64,000 nt of DNA from an uncultured Candidatus Actinomarina sp. (GTDB lineage: Bacteria; Actinomycetota; Acidimicrobiia; Actinomarinales; Actinomarinaceae), in assembly GCA_902627635.1 (NCBI GenBank), contig CACOKA010000001.1, positions 34,778 through 98,777 on the forward strand. The letters are read 5' to 3'. Each line of letters begins with the position of its first letter. The stretch's first letter is position 1. Under the pieces are notes generated by a model, which saw only the letters and a list, made by a program, of their open reading frames with translations, was not told where the DNA came from and searched no databases. Made by a program: the position numbers and the translations under genes. Of the stretch, positions 19,605-29,209 are shown piece by piece.

Positions 19605-20092
19605 TTGAAAAGTTTGGTATCCCAAAGCCTATTTCTAAAATATTGAATTGGGCAAGAGCATATGATATGTGGTATTTCCAATTTGGTTTAGCATGCTGTG
19701 CCATTGAAGTTATGGCAGCAAGTGGACCAAGACACGATTTTATGAGATTAGGTATAATTCCACTTCCTGCATCGCCAAGACAAGCTGACCTAATGGTGGT
19801 TGCAGGTACCGTAACCGATAAAATGGCCCCAGCAGTCAAAAGATTATATGACCAAATGCCGGAACCAAAGTATGTAATTTCAATGGGTTCATGTTCAAAC
19901 AGTGGGGGACCGTATTGGGATTCTTACTCTGTTACAAAAGGTGTAGATCAATTAATTCCAGTAGACGTTTATGTTCCCGGATGTCCACCAAGACCAGAAG
20001 CTTTGCAAGAAGGAATAGTTTTATTACAGAAAAAAATAAAAGGTGAAGATATGAAAGAAAAGTGGAGAGAAAAAGACATTGAACCAGTCTGA
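19595..20092 (+). CDS. nuoB: Complex I subunit B (N2 [4Fe-4S] carrier)
   Basis: Cys ligands present: [18 protein letters not shown]. Confidence 0.9.
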   Translation: MGVIEKFGIPKPISKILNWARAYDMWYFQFGLACCAIEVMAASGPRHDFMRLGIIPLPASPRQADLMVVAGTVTDKMAPAVKRLYDQMPEPKYVISMGSCSNSGGPYWDSYSVTKGVDQLIPVDVYVPGCPPRPEALQEGIVLLQKKIKGEDMKEKWREKDIEPV

Positions 20093-20639
20093 TCAAAACG
20101 AATTCGTAAATTCAATTCAAAGTAAATTTCAAAATTCATCAGTTGAATTTGATACATTAAAAATTGAAGTAGATTCTCAGTCTTGGGTTGATACGCATAA
20201 GACATTGAAAGCAGAATTTAATTTAAAATTTTTTAATTGGCTATCTGCTGTTGACTGGGATAACGATGTAAAAATTGGTGACGCACCAAAAGAATCAGTA
20301 ATCCCAAGTTTTGAAATAATAAGTTGTTTATCAAAAACAAATTCTGACGACTTAGTTATATCATCTACAAAGATTTCAAAAGAGGAACCACAGATTGATT
20401 CATTAGTTGAAGTTTTTGGTGGAGCGAACTGGCATGAAAGAGAAGCTTATGAAATGTTTGGTATAAATTTCTTGAACCATCCAAATTTAAAGAAACTTTA
20501 TCTTCCTGATGCTTATGAAGGGAATCCTTTACTTAAATCATTTGAGTTGATAAGTAGAGAAGTTAAACCTTGGCCAGGTGAAGTTGATGTAGAAGGTATG
20601 CCAGAAGATAACAACGTAGTCTCAGAAGAGGGTAGCTAA
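20079..20639 (+). CDS. nuoC: Complex I subunit C (30-kDa subunit family)
   Basis: 186 aa with ERE(A/V)YDMFG-like motif [13 protein letters not shown]. Separate from nuoD (not a fused C-D). Confidence 0.8.
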   Translation: MNQSDQNEFVNSIQSKFQNSSVEFDTLKIEVDSQSWVDTHKTLKAEFNLKFFNWLSAVDWDNDVKIGDAPKESVIPSFEIISCLSKTNSDDLVISSTKISKEEPQIDSLVEVFGGANWHEREAYEMFGINFLNHPNLKKLYLPDAYEGNPLLKSFELISREVKPWPGEVDVEGMPEDNNVVSEEGS

Positions 20640-21835
20640 TGGCTCAAACGATGGATCCAAACAATATGCCAATTTTATCTGAAGCATCAGTTTCTGTTGA
20701 AATTGAAACAGAAGATATGACTTTAAATATTGGTCCTCAACATCCTTCGACTCACGGTGTTTTAAGGTTAGTAGCTAAAATTAATGGAGAAAAAATATCC
20801 AGTGTTGAACCTGTGCTTGGATATATGCATAGAGGATATGAGAAACTTGCAGAAGTAAGAACTTATCCACAAGTAACAACATTAGTAAATAGAATTGACT
20901 GGGTTTCAGGTTTTGCGAATGAGATTCCATTTATCGCTGGTGCTGAAAAATTAATGGAAATCGAAGTACCTGAAAGAGCACAATACATCAGACTGATTTT
21001 GACAGAAATGGCAAGAATAAGCTCCCACTTTGTTTTTAACGGTGCTTTCCCACTTGAGATTGGTGCACTAACACCTATATTTTTAGCTATGGAAGATCGA
21101 GAAAGAGTTCTTGATTTGCTCGAATCTGTTACTGGTGGAAGATTTCATCCAAACTTTAATCGAATCGGTGGGGTAAAACCTGCCGCAGGTGCTGGGCCAA
21201 CAACAAAAAAAGATATACAGGATTTACCAGCAGGTTTTTATCACGATACCAAAGTTGCAATGCAAAAAGTTCTCGAAGCTGTTGATAGATTTGAAGATTT
21301 AATTGGCGGAAATGAAGTATTTCAACTTAGAACAAAGAATGTTGGTATATTACCAAAAGAAGTTGCGGAAGAGTACGGAGTATCTGGCCCAATATTGAGA
21401 GCATCTGGTGTTGAGTTTGATTTGAGAAAACAATCAAATTACTTACCATATGACAAATTTGACTTTGAAATACCAATTGGTGAAAATGGTGACTGTTTCG
21501 ATAGATGGGCTGTAAGAACATCCGAAATGAGAGAATCTGCAAAAATTATTTTACAAGCAATTGAAGACATGCCTTCTGGGCCAATCCAAGCAAAAGTACC
21601 AAAAGTTATAAAAGTTCCAAAAGGACAAACATATGTAAGAGCAGAAAATCCTAAGGGTGAAATGGGATATTATATAATTTCTGAAGGTGGTTTAGGGCCT
21701 TATAGGTTAAAAATAAGAACAGCTTCATTTAGTAACATATCAATTTTGCCAATAATGCTTGAAGGAGCATTGCTTCCTGACTTGATAGCAATAATGGGTA
21801 GTTTAGATTTTGTTCTTGGAGATGTAGATAGATGA
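20639..21835 (+). CDS. nuoD: Complex I subunit D (49-kDa/NiFe-hydrogenase large-subunit-like)
   Basis: NIGPQHPSTHGVLRLV N-terminal motif. 398 aa. Confidence 0.9.
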   Translation: MAQTMDPNNMPILSEASVSVEIETEDMTLNIGPQHPSTHGVLRLVAKINGEKISSVEPVLGYMHRGYEKLAEVRTYPQVTTLVNRIDWVSGFANEIPFIAGAEKLMEIEVPERAQYIRLILTEMARISSHFVFNGAFPLEIGALTPIFLAMEDRERVLDLLESVTGGRFHPNFNRIGGVKPAAGAGPTTKKDIQDLPAGFYHDTKVAMQKVLEAVDRFEDLIGGNEVFQLRTKNVGILPKEVAEEYGVSGPILRASGVEFDLRKQSNYLPYDKFDFEIPIGENGDCFDRWAVRTSEMRESAKIILQAIEDMPSGPIQAKVPKVIKVPKGQTYVRAENPKGEMGYYIISEGGLGPYRLKIRTASFSNISILPIMLEGALLPDLIAIMGSLDFVLGDVDR

Positions 21836-22812
21836 GTTTTAGTACCGAATTACTTATCAAAGTTTTGGTTGTTTTAGCTACAGCTCCAGCAATGGCCTTA
21901 GGGCTTACTTTGCTGGAGGTTAAAGGTTCTGCCTGGATGCAAAGAAGACCAGGTCCTCTTCATGTTGGTTTAAGAGGATTTATATTTCCACTTGCAACAG
22001 CTGCAAAATATTTACAAAAGGAAACAATCATTCCAAATGATGTTGATGAGCCTGTATTTAAGTGGGCACCAGCTTGGGTTATAGCAGCTGTAGTAGGCCT
22101 TTTTACAATTATTCCATTAAGTCCCACGTTAATTGTTCGTGATCTGGAATTAGGAGTCTTCTTTTTACTTGCAATCAGCTCCATCTCTACTATTGGAGTT
22201 CTTACAGCTGGATGGTCCTCTGCAAACAAATTTTCTCTAATGGGTGGTTTAAGAGCAGCAGGCCAACTTATTGCCTATGAATTACCACTAATTTTATCTG
22301 TAGTTGGTGTAGTTATACAAGCTGAAACTATGTCAACAGTTGGAATAGTAGAAAAACAGATTGAATTTGGATTTCCTTTTGTAATTGCAGGACAGGGTAT
22401 TGCTTTTATTATTTTTATGATTGCAGCAACTGCTGAAATGATGAGAACACCATTTGATATGCCAATTGGTGAATCTGAATTAACTATGGGCTTTTTTACA
22501 GAATATTCTGGGATTAGATTTCTTATTTTTTATATTTCTGAATACATAAATTTATTTGTAATGTGTGCGATTGCCTCAACTCTTTTCTTAGGAGGTTATC
22601 ATGTACCACTTTTACCTACTGAATGGGTTAACTTTTATGGTCCATTGGTTCTAATTGGAAAGACATTTTTACTTGCATTTATCCTTATTGCTATAAGATG
22701 GTCTTTCCCACGATTCAGGGAAGATCAACTTCAGACCCTTGCTTGGAAAGTCCTTATACCACTCTCTCTTTTGAATATAATGGTTACAGCAATCATGAAA
22801 GTTGTTTTTTGA
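21832..22812 (+). CDS. nuoH: Complex I subunit H. It directly follows nuoD, with no nuoE/F/G in between
   Basis: 326 aa with ND1 motifs (GLRGFIFPLA, TMGFFTEYSGIRF). Its start overlaps the nuoD stop by 4 nt. Confidence 0.9.
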   Translation: MSFSTELLIKVLVVLATAPAMALGLTLLEVKGSAWMQRRPGPLHVGLRGFIFPLATAAKYLQKETIIPNDVDEPVFKWAPAWVIAAVVGLFTIIPLSPTLIVRDLELGVFFLLAISSISTIGVLTAGWSSANKFSLMGGLRAAGQLIAYELPLILSVVGVVIQAETMSTVGIVEKQIEFGFPFVIAGQGIAFIIFMIAATAEMMRTPFDMPIGESELTMGFFTEYSGIRFLIFYISEYINLFVMCAIASTLFLGGYHVPLLPTEWVNFYGPLVLIGKTFLLAFILIAIRWSFPRFREDQLQTLAWKVLIPLSLLNIMVTAIMKVVF

Positions 22813-23297
22813 TGCAAAAATTCAAACCAAGGATTCCTGGATTTTTAACTGGACTTAAAATTGTCATTGGCAATATGTTTAAAACCCTTCTTCCTTTTTT
22901 TGAAAATCCTAATGTAAATTATCCTTTTGAAAAAGAAATACTCGCACCTAGAACTAGGGGTGTCATCGCTTTAGATTCTGAAGCATGTACAAGTTGCATG
23001 TTGTGTGCAAGATCTTGTCCAGACTGGTGCATTTACATAGAGGGTCACAAAGAGTTACAACCTCCTTCAAAGCCAGGAGGACGTCAGAGAAGTAGAGCGG
23101 TACTCGATCGGTTTGACATTGATTATGCACTTTGTATGTATTGTGGGATATGTGTTGAAGTATGCCCATTTGATGCATTGTTTTGGTCACCTGAATACGA
23201 ATATTCAGAATTTTCTATGGGCGATATGCTCCATGACAAAGATAGGCTTGATGAATGGCTAAAGACTGTTCCTGAAGGTCCAGGTTTAGAGAACTAA
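22812..23297 (+). CDS. nuoI: Complex I subunit I (2x[4Fe-4S])
   Basis: CTSCMLCARSCP and CMYCGICVEVCP motifs. ATG at 22812 overlaps the nuoH TGA (tgATG) and is in frame with track ORF 22698..23297. Confidence 0.85.
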   Translation: MQKFKPRIPGFLTGLKIVIGNMFKTLLPFFENPNVNYPFEKEILAPRTRGVIALDSEACTSCMLCARSCPDWCIYIEGHKELQPPSKPGGRQRSRAVLDRFDIDYALCMYCGICVEVCPFDALFWSPEYEYSEFSMGDMLHDKDRLDEWLKTVPEGPGLEN

Positions 23298-23815
23298 TGG
23301 AAGCAATAGACATATTTTCATACTTTCTTTTGCTGTTGCTTTTACTTAGTGGAGTAAAAGTTGTGACAACATCAAATGTTATACACGCTGCCATATTTTT
23401 AGTTTTTACTCTTGCTACCACTGCTGTTTTATTCATATTATTATCGGCTGAATTTGTAGCTTTAGTCCTAATACTTGTATATATAGGTGCAGTTATTGTT
23501 TTATTTTTATTTGGTGTGATGATCACAAGAGCTCCTTTAGGTCCAAATGCTGAACTAGATAATGATCAAAATAAATTATTGGCTGCTGTCATATCATTTT
23601 CAATTTTTGGAATATTTACTTATATTCTTCTACAAACTTTTGATTCAACAGTAGTTATAAGCGAAGGAACATCTACGAAACTATTAGGAGAAATTTTGTT
23701 AAGTAGATTTGTGTTTCCTTTTGAGCTGGTTTCATTTGTTTTGTTAGGAGCTTTAATTGGTGGCATTACATTAGCAAGAAAAGATAATGCATTAATGGAT
23801 GAAGATCAAATATGA
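23297..23815 (+). CDS. nuoJ: Complex I subunit J
   Basis: 172-aa membrane protein between nuoI and nuoK. Confidence 0.8.
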   Translation: MEAIDIFSYFLLLLLLLSGVKVVTTSNVIHAAIFLVFTLATTAVLFILLSAEFVALVLILVYIGAVIVLFLFGVMITRAPLGPNAELDNDQNKLLAAVISFSIFGIFTYILLQTFDSTVVISEGTSTKLLGEILLSRFVFPFELVSFVLLGALIGGITLARKDNALMDEDQI

Positions 23816-24117
23816 GCATTCAACCATTACTGATTGCAGCAGCAGCTTTATTCTCTATAGGTATTTATGGAATTCTTGTAAGAAGAAACGCAGTAATGGT
23901 TTTACTGTCAATTGAGCTGATTCTTAATTCGGTAAACATAAATTTTGTAGCATTCAACGCTATGCTTTCAGATGTTTTTTTAAATGGCCAGATTTTTTCA
24001 ATTTTCATTATCACTATTGCAGCAGCAGAAGTTGGTATTGGATTAGCTATTGTTCTTATGCTTTTTAGAAATCGAGAAACAGCCAATATAAATGAATTTG
24101 ATTTAATGAAATGGTAA
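23812..24117 (+). CDS. nuoK: Complex I subunit K
   Basis: 101 aa, ND4L-like (SIELILNSVNINF, AAAEVGIGLAIV). Confidence 0.85.
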   Translation: MSIQPLLIAAAALFSIGIYGILVRRNAVMVLLSIELILNSVNINFVAFNAMLSDVFLNGQIFSIFIITIAAAEVGIGLAIVLMLFRNRETANINEFDLMKW

Positions 24118-26129
24118 ATCAAAATTTTATAAATTTTCTTGCTGAAGGTCAGCCAGAATATACTGATGGTGGTGTACTCGCTGAATTTACTTGGTTGATT
24201 GTTGTACTTCCATTCTTAGCTGCAATTTTGATTACTTTTTTTGGAAAATATCTACCATTACAAGGTGCAGAGCTAGCTTTAGGAACAGTTTTATTCATAT
24301 TTTCATATAGCGCAGCTTTACTTTATCAGCACGCGACAAAAGGAATCGCCAATGAATTTTTTATCAACGTAGGAAGTATTGGTTCTTATGATCTTGAGTT
24401 TGGCTGGGTCGTTGATGGATTATCTATCATGATGTACTTCGTAGTTGGAACTGTTTCATCTTTAGTTTTCATATATGCAACAAATTATATGCAAGGTGAA
24501 ATAAGATATACTTTCTTTTTCACATCACTCACATTATTTGCTGGGAGTATGTTAGTTTTAGTTTCTTCTCCAACACTTTTGCAATTGTTGATTGGTTGGG
24601 AATTAGTTGGAGTTTGTTCATATCTACTAATTGGTCATTACTGGGAAAAAAAGGAAAATTCTTCCGCAGCGATGAAAGCATTTATAACTAATAAAATTGC
24701 TGATGTCGGGTTAATGATTGGAATCATTGTTCTTGCTTTATCAACAAAAACCTTGAGAATTTCTGAGATATTGTATCAATCAACTCATGATTATGCAGAT
24801 ATCAAAACTGTGGCATATTTAGGTGGAGTTCTTCTTTTTATAGGTGCAATGGGAAAGAGTGCTCAATTTCCACTTCATGTTTGGTTGCCTGATGCAATGG
24901 CAGGCCCAACACCAGTATCTGCTTTAATGCATGCAGCAACAATGGTCACCGCGGGTGTCTATCTTCTTGGTCGGATGTTTCCTTTCTACCAGGGAATGGC
25001 ATCACAAGCACTGGATATAGTTCTTTTATTCGGAGTAATTACACTTCTTGGAGCAGGATTAGTCGCTGTAGTTCAAGATGATCTCAAAAAAGTTCTTGCA
25101 TATTCTACAGTAAGTCAACTTGGTTACATGGTTACAGCAATGGGTTCAGGTGCATACACTGCGGGTCTTTTTCACCTATGGACTCATGCATTTTTTAAAG
25201 CTTTATTATTTTTAGGTGCTGGCTCGGTAATTCATGCAGTGCACACAAATAACATGTCTGAAATGGGTGGACTAAGGAAAGAAATGCCCAGAACATTTTC
25301 AACCTTCATTATTGGAACTGTAGCCCTTGCTGGACTTCCTCCATTAGCTGGATTTTTCTCAAAAGATGAGATACTCGCATCACTCAATCACGAAGGGCAT
25401 AATTTATATTTTATTATTTCTGTTCTTGGAGCCTTTATCACTGCGTTTTACATGACAAGAGCAGTTCTTTTAACATTTTTTGGTGACTATCGGGGTGATG
25501 GACACCCTCACGAATCTGACAAGATGATGACAATTCCATTGATAATATTATCAGGATTTGCCATTGTTGCAGGATGGGCAAACATACCTGGTGTTTATAC
25601 AGGATTTACAAAATGGGTTACAACAAGGAAAAATTACATTGTAGAATATCACCCTGAATCATTTGATTTGGTTGCTATGTTCAGTGGTCTTACATCTGGA
25701 CTTTTGGGTATTGGACTTGCCTACTACGTCTATCAGATGTCAGGAAATGCAACTGACGGCGATGAAAAAATTAAAATAAAACCAATATGGAATTTATTGG
25801 AAAATAAATACTACTTAGATTTCTTCTACTTCAAATTCATAATTGATCCTGTAAAAATAACTTTTGCTAAATTTGTTGACTCATTTAATTCAAATGTCCT
25901 TGATCGGTTTGTTAATGGTGTTGGGACAACTGCTTCAAAAGCAGGCGGAATTGTATATACAAATCTTGACCAAGGAGGCATTGACAAAGTACTTAATTTA
26001 TCATCAACAGGTACAGACACTATTGGAAGTAAAGTCAAATTAATTCAAACTGGTAAAACTCAACAATACTTAATGTATTTTTTAATAGGAGTGATAGTTA
26101 TTAGCTTAATAATTTTGTTAGTGTTATGA
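24111..26129 (+). CDS. nuoL: Complex I subunit L
   Basis: 672 aa with WLPDAMAGPTPVSALMHAATMVTAGV and QLGYMV. The long C-terminal horizontal-helix region is present. Confidence 0.9.
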   Translation: MVNQNFINFLAEGQPEYTDGGVLAEFTWLIVVLPFLAAILITFFGKYLPLQGAELALGTVLFIFSYSAALLYQHATKGIANEFFINVGSIGSYDLEFGWVVDGLSIMMYFVVGTVSSLVFIYATNYMQGEIRYTFFFTSLTLFAGSMLVLVSSPTLLQLLIGWELVGVCSYLLIGHYWEKKENSSAAMKAFITNKIADVGLMIGIIVLALSTKTLRISEILYQSTHDYADIKTVAYLGGVLLFIGAMGKSAQFPLHVWLPDAMAGPTPVSALMHAATMVTAGVYLLGRMFPFYQGMASQALDIVLLFGVITLLGAGLVAVVQDDLKKVLAYSTVSQLGYMVTAMGSGAYTAGLFHLWTHAFFKALLFLGAGSVIHAVHTNNMSEMGGLRKEMPRTFSTFIIGTVALAGLPPLAGFFSKDEILASLNHEGHNLYFIISVLGAFITAFYMTRAVLLTFFGDYRGDGHPHESDKMMTIPLIILSGFAIVAGWANIPGVYTGFTKWVTTRKNYIVEYHPESFDLVAMFSGLTSGLLGIGLAYYVYQMSGNATDGDEKIKIKPIWNLLENKYYLDFFYFKFIIDPVKITFAKFVDSFNSNVLDRFVNGVGTTASKAGGIVYTNLDQGGIDKVLNLSSTGTDTIGSKVKLIQTGKTQQYLMYFLIGVIVISLIILLVL

Positions 26130-26143
26130 GAGAGTGGTAAATA

Positions 26144-27721
26144 TTGAGTAGTTTTTCTTTTTTGGAGAGTGGATTAGGTTTAACCGTAGTAGTTTTTCTT
26201 CCCCTTGTATCTGCAATTTTTATATTCTTAATACCTAAGAAACAAGAGATGATAATTAAATTAGTAACTCTTGGATCTGCACTGCTTACTTTTGCAGTAA
26301 GTTTAATTGTTGCTTTGCAATTTGATTTTAATAACGCTGGTGACCTTCAGCTTGGCACTAAGGTCTCATGGATTAGTAGTATTAATTCAAATTATGAAAT
26401 AGGTATAGACGGTATTTCTTTACCTTTATTACTTTTATCTACTTTCATTTCTGTATTGGCAATTATTTATTCTTTTGAACATTTACCTGAACCAAAAAAT
26501 GCAAAAGGAATGATGTCTTTGATTTTAATTTTAGAAACTGGAATGAATGGTACATTTGTGGCATTAGATCTAATTTTATTTTTTGTATTTTTTGAACTTG
26601 TTTTACTACCAATGTATTTCATGATTGGTATTTGGGGAGATAAAACTGTCAGAAGTGTTTCTGGACTTAAGAATGATATTGAAACAAGACTTTATGCAAG
26701 TATTAAGTTTTTTGTATTTACATTATTTGGATCTGCTTTCATGCTTCTAGGATTCCTAGGTTTATATTTCAGGGGAAATAGAACATTTAGTATTCCAGAA
26801 CTAATTGAGCTTGGCTCTAGTGGAGCATTCACAGGTACATTTGCAACGTTAGTTTTTGCTGTTTTATTTTTGGGGTTTGCAGTAAAAGTACCAATGTGGC
26901 CACTACATACATGGTTGCCTGATGCACACACAGCTGCACCAACTGTTGGATCTGTTTTATTAGCCGCTATTTTGTTAAAACTTGGATCCTATGGTTTTGT
27001 AAGAATTGCTTTACCTATACTTCCAGAACAGGCTGTTGCTTGGGCTCCAGCTATTGCAGTGCTGTCAGCAATTGGAATAATATACGGTTCTCTTGCTTGC
27101 TTGGCACAAACAGATCTTAAAAGATTGATTGCATTTTCTTCAGTAGGACATATGGGCTTTGTAATGCTTGGGATATCTTCACTTACCTCAATAGGTATTA
27201 ATGCTGCAATGATTGGAATGGTTGCCCACGGAATAATTACTGGTTTATTGTTCTTTGTTTCTGGTTCTATGGCACATACTTATCACACTAGAGACATGGA
27301 AAGATTAGGTGGAAATATGAAACTTCTTCCAAAGACCGGAGCCATTTTAGCTTTTACAGCTATGGCGTCACTTGGCTTACCTGGATTGGCAGGATTTTGG
27401 GGAGAATTTATGGCTCTCCTTGGAGCGTACAATCCATTACCTGGTTTAAACATTACAATTTTTAGATCTTCCATGGTTGCAGGTGCAATTGGAACTGTTT
27501 TAACAGCAGGTTATTTATTATGGATGCTTCAAAGAGTTAATCTTGGTGAACCTAAAGAAGAATGGTTAGATAAAGAGCTTCATGATGCAGACAATTATGA
27601 GCTTGTTGCTTGGATACCTTTAGTAATACTTACTGTTCTAATCGGAGTATTTCCAAAACTTATATTTGGAGCAACTAATGATGCAGTTATTGCTTTGGTA
27701 TCTAAAGCGTTCGGAGGCTAA
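26144..27721 (+). CDS. nuoM: Complex I subunit M
   Basis: 525 aa with WLPDAHTAAPTVGS and AFSSVGHMGFV. Confidence 0.9.
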   Translation: MSSFSFLESGLGLTVVVFLPLVSAIFIFLIPKKQEMIIKLVTLGSALLTFAVSLIVALQFDFNNAGDLQLGTKVSWISSINSNYEIGIDGISLPLLLLSTFISVLAIIYSFEHLPEPKNAKGMMSLILILETGMNGTFVALDLILFFVFFELVLLPMYFMIGIWGDKTVRSVSGLKNDIETRLYASIKFFVFTLFGSAFMLLGFLGLYFRGNRTFSIPELIELGSSGAFTGTFATLVFAVLFLGFAVKVPMWPLHTWLPDAHTAAPTVGSVLLAAILLKLGSYGFVRIALPILPEQAVAWAPAIAVLSAIGIIYGSLACLAQTDLKRLIAFSSVGHMGFVMLGISSLTSIGINAAMIGMVAHGIITGLLFFVSGSMAHTYHTRDMERLGGNMKLLPKTGAILAFTAMASLGLPGLAGFWGEFMALLGAYNPLPGLNITIFRSSMVAGAIGTVLTAGYLLWMLQRVNLGEPKEEWLDKELHDADNYELVAWIPLVILTVLIGVFPKLIFGATNDAVIALVSKAFGG

Positions 27722-27777
27722 AAATTAACATTAATTATTTCGCTATATCAAGTGAATTAATAGTAATCCTAACGATT

Positions 27778-29205
27778 GTGGCTGCTATAACTTTAGATAT
27801 ACTATTACCAAGAAAATTTAAATTCATCATTGCAATGGTATCAATTCTTGGATCGCTATTTGCATTCCTTCCAATTATTTTTCAATTTGCCAACTATACA
27901 ACTCCAGAAATTATGTTTGAGGGAAGTTATGTAATTGATAAATTTTCCTTGATTCTTAAAGGCCTATTTATCTTGGTTACGTATCTGACATTTTTATTAT
28001 CCGTAAATTTTGTCGAAAGTGATGAATATTACCAGGGAGAATATTATTTTCTTCTGTTAAGTTCTCTCCTTGGAGCAATAGTAGTAACCTCTTCAAGAGA
28101 TTTATTAACAATGTTTATTGGAATTGAATTAGCTTCAACGCCAATGTTTCTTTTATCTGGATGGAAAAAAGGCGATCAAAAATCAAATGAAGGTTCAATT
28201 AAATTCTTTTTACTGGGAGTACTATCAGCATCTTTAATTCTTTATGGCTTTTCACTACTTTATGGAGTTACTGGAAAGTTAGTTTTTTCAGATATAGCTA
28301 ATATTTTAATTCAGCAGGATCTTGCCCAATCACCTGTTGCTTTATTAAGCGCAATACTTATTTTGGCGGGTATAGGCTTCAAGATATCGATAGTTCCATT
28401 CCACTCTTGGGCACCTGATACTTATGAAGGAGCACCTTTACCAGTAACGGCTTATCTATCTGTTAGCTCTAAAGCGACTGGGTTTGTTGCATTAATTATT
28501 TTGATGTCAAAAATATTTTTTGAATCTGGAGATGGATTAGGGATAATACTTGTATTCATTTCTGGAATAACAATGTTTGTTGGTAATTTATCAGCTTTAC
28601 AACAAACAAATCCAGTAAGACTTTTAGCATATTCATCGATTGCACAGGCAGGGTTTATTCTTGCGCCGTTAGCAGTTGCAAACATAACAAATAATTTTGA
28701 AGATGGTGTTTATGCAAGCGTTACGTATCTAATTATTTATGCATTTATGAATATAGGTGCATTTTTAGTGATTAATTTGTTACAAAGAAATATTGACTCA
28801 GAAAACATGTATGACTGGGGAGGTCTTGCAAAAGAAACACCATTAGCAGGAATTTTTGCAGTAATATTTTTCTTCTCTCTTGCAGGGATTCCACCTCTGG
28901 GAGGATGGTTTGCAAAATTTGTAGTTTTCAGAAGTTTACTAAGCACAGGTGAAATTTTTGGATTATCTCTAGCTGTAGTTGGTGCTATAAATGCTGTGAT
29001 AGGTTTGGTATATTATTCAAGAATTTCAAAAATTATATGGATGGATAGTCCAAAAGAAGATGTTCAAAAGACCGAAAATTCAATCATCCCAAGCCCACTA
29101 AAAGTTGTTGGTTTTGTAAGTTTAATTTTGACAATTGTCTCTGGAATTTTTCCAGGCATATTCAGCAATCTAGGTGAAGCTTCATCAATATTTTTTAATA
29201 GCTAA
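27778..29205 (+). CDS. nuoN: Complex I subunit N
   Basis: 475 aa with ISIVPFHSWAPDTYEGAP and LLAYSSIAQAGF. Confidence 0.85.
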   Translation: MAAITLDILLPRKFKFIIAMVSILGSLFAFLPIIFQFANYTTPEIMFEGSYVIDKFSLILKGLFILVTYLTFLLSVNFVESDEYYQGEYYFLLLSSLLGAIVVTSSRDLLTMFIGIELASTPMFLLSGWKKGDQKSNEGSIKFFLLGVLSASLILYGFSLLYGVTGKLVFSDIANILIQQDLAQSPVALLSAILILAGIGFKISIVPFHSWAPDTYEGAPLPVTAYLSVSSKATGFVALIILMSKIFFESGDGLGIILVFISGITMFVGNLSALQQTNPVRLLAYSSIAQAGFILAPLAVANITNNFEDGVYASVTYLIIYAFMNIGAFLVINLLQRNIDSENMYDWGGLAKETPLAGIFAVIFFFSLAGIPPLGGWFAKFVVFRSLLSTGEIFGLSLAVVGAINAVIGLVYYSRISKIIWMDSPKEDVQKTENSIIPSPLKVVGFVSLILTIVSGIFPGIFSNLGEASSIFFNS

Positions 29206-29209
29206 TTAA

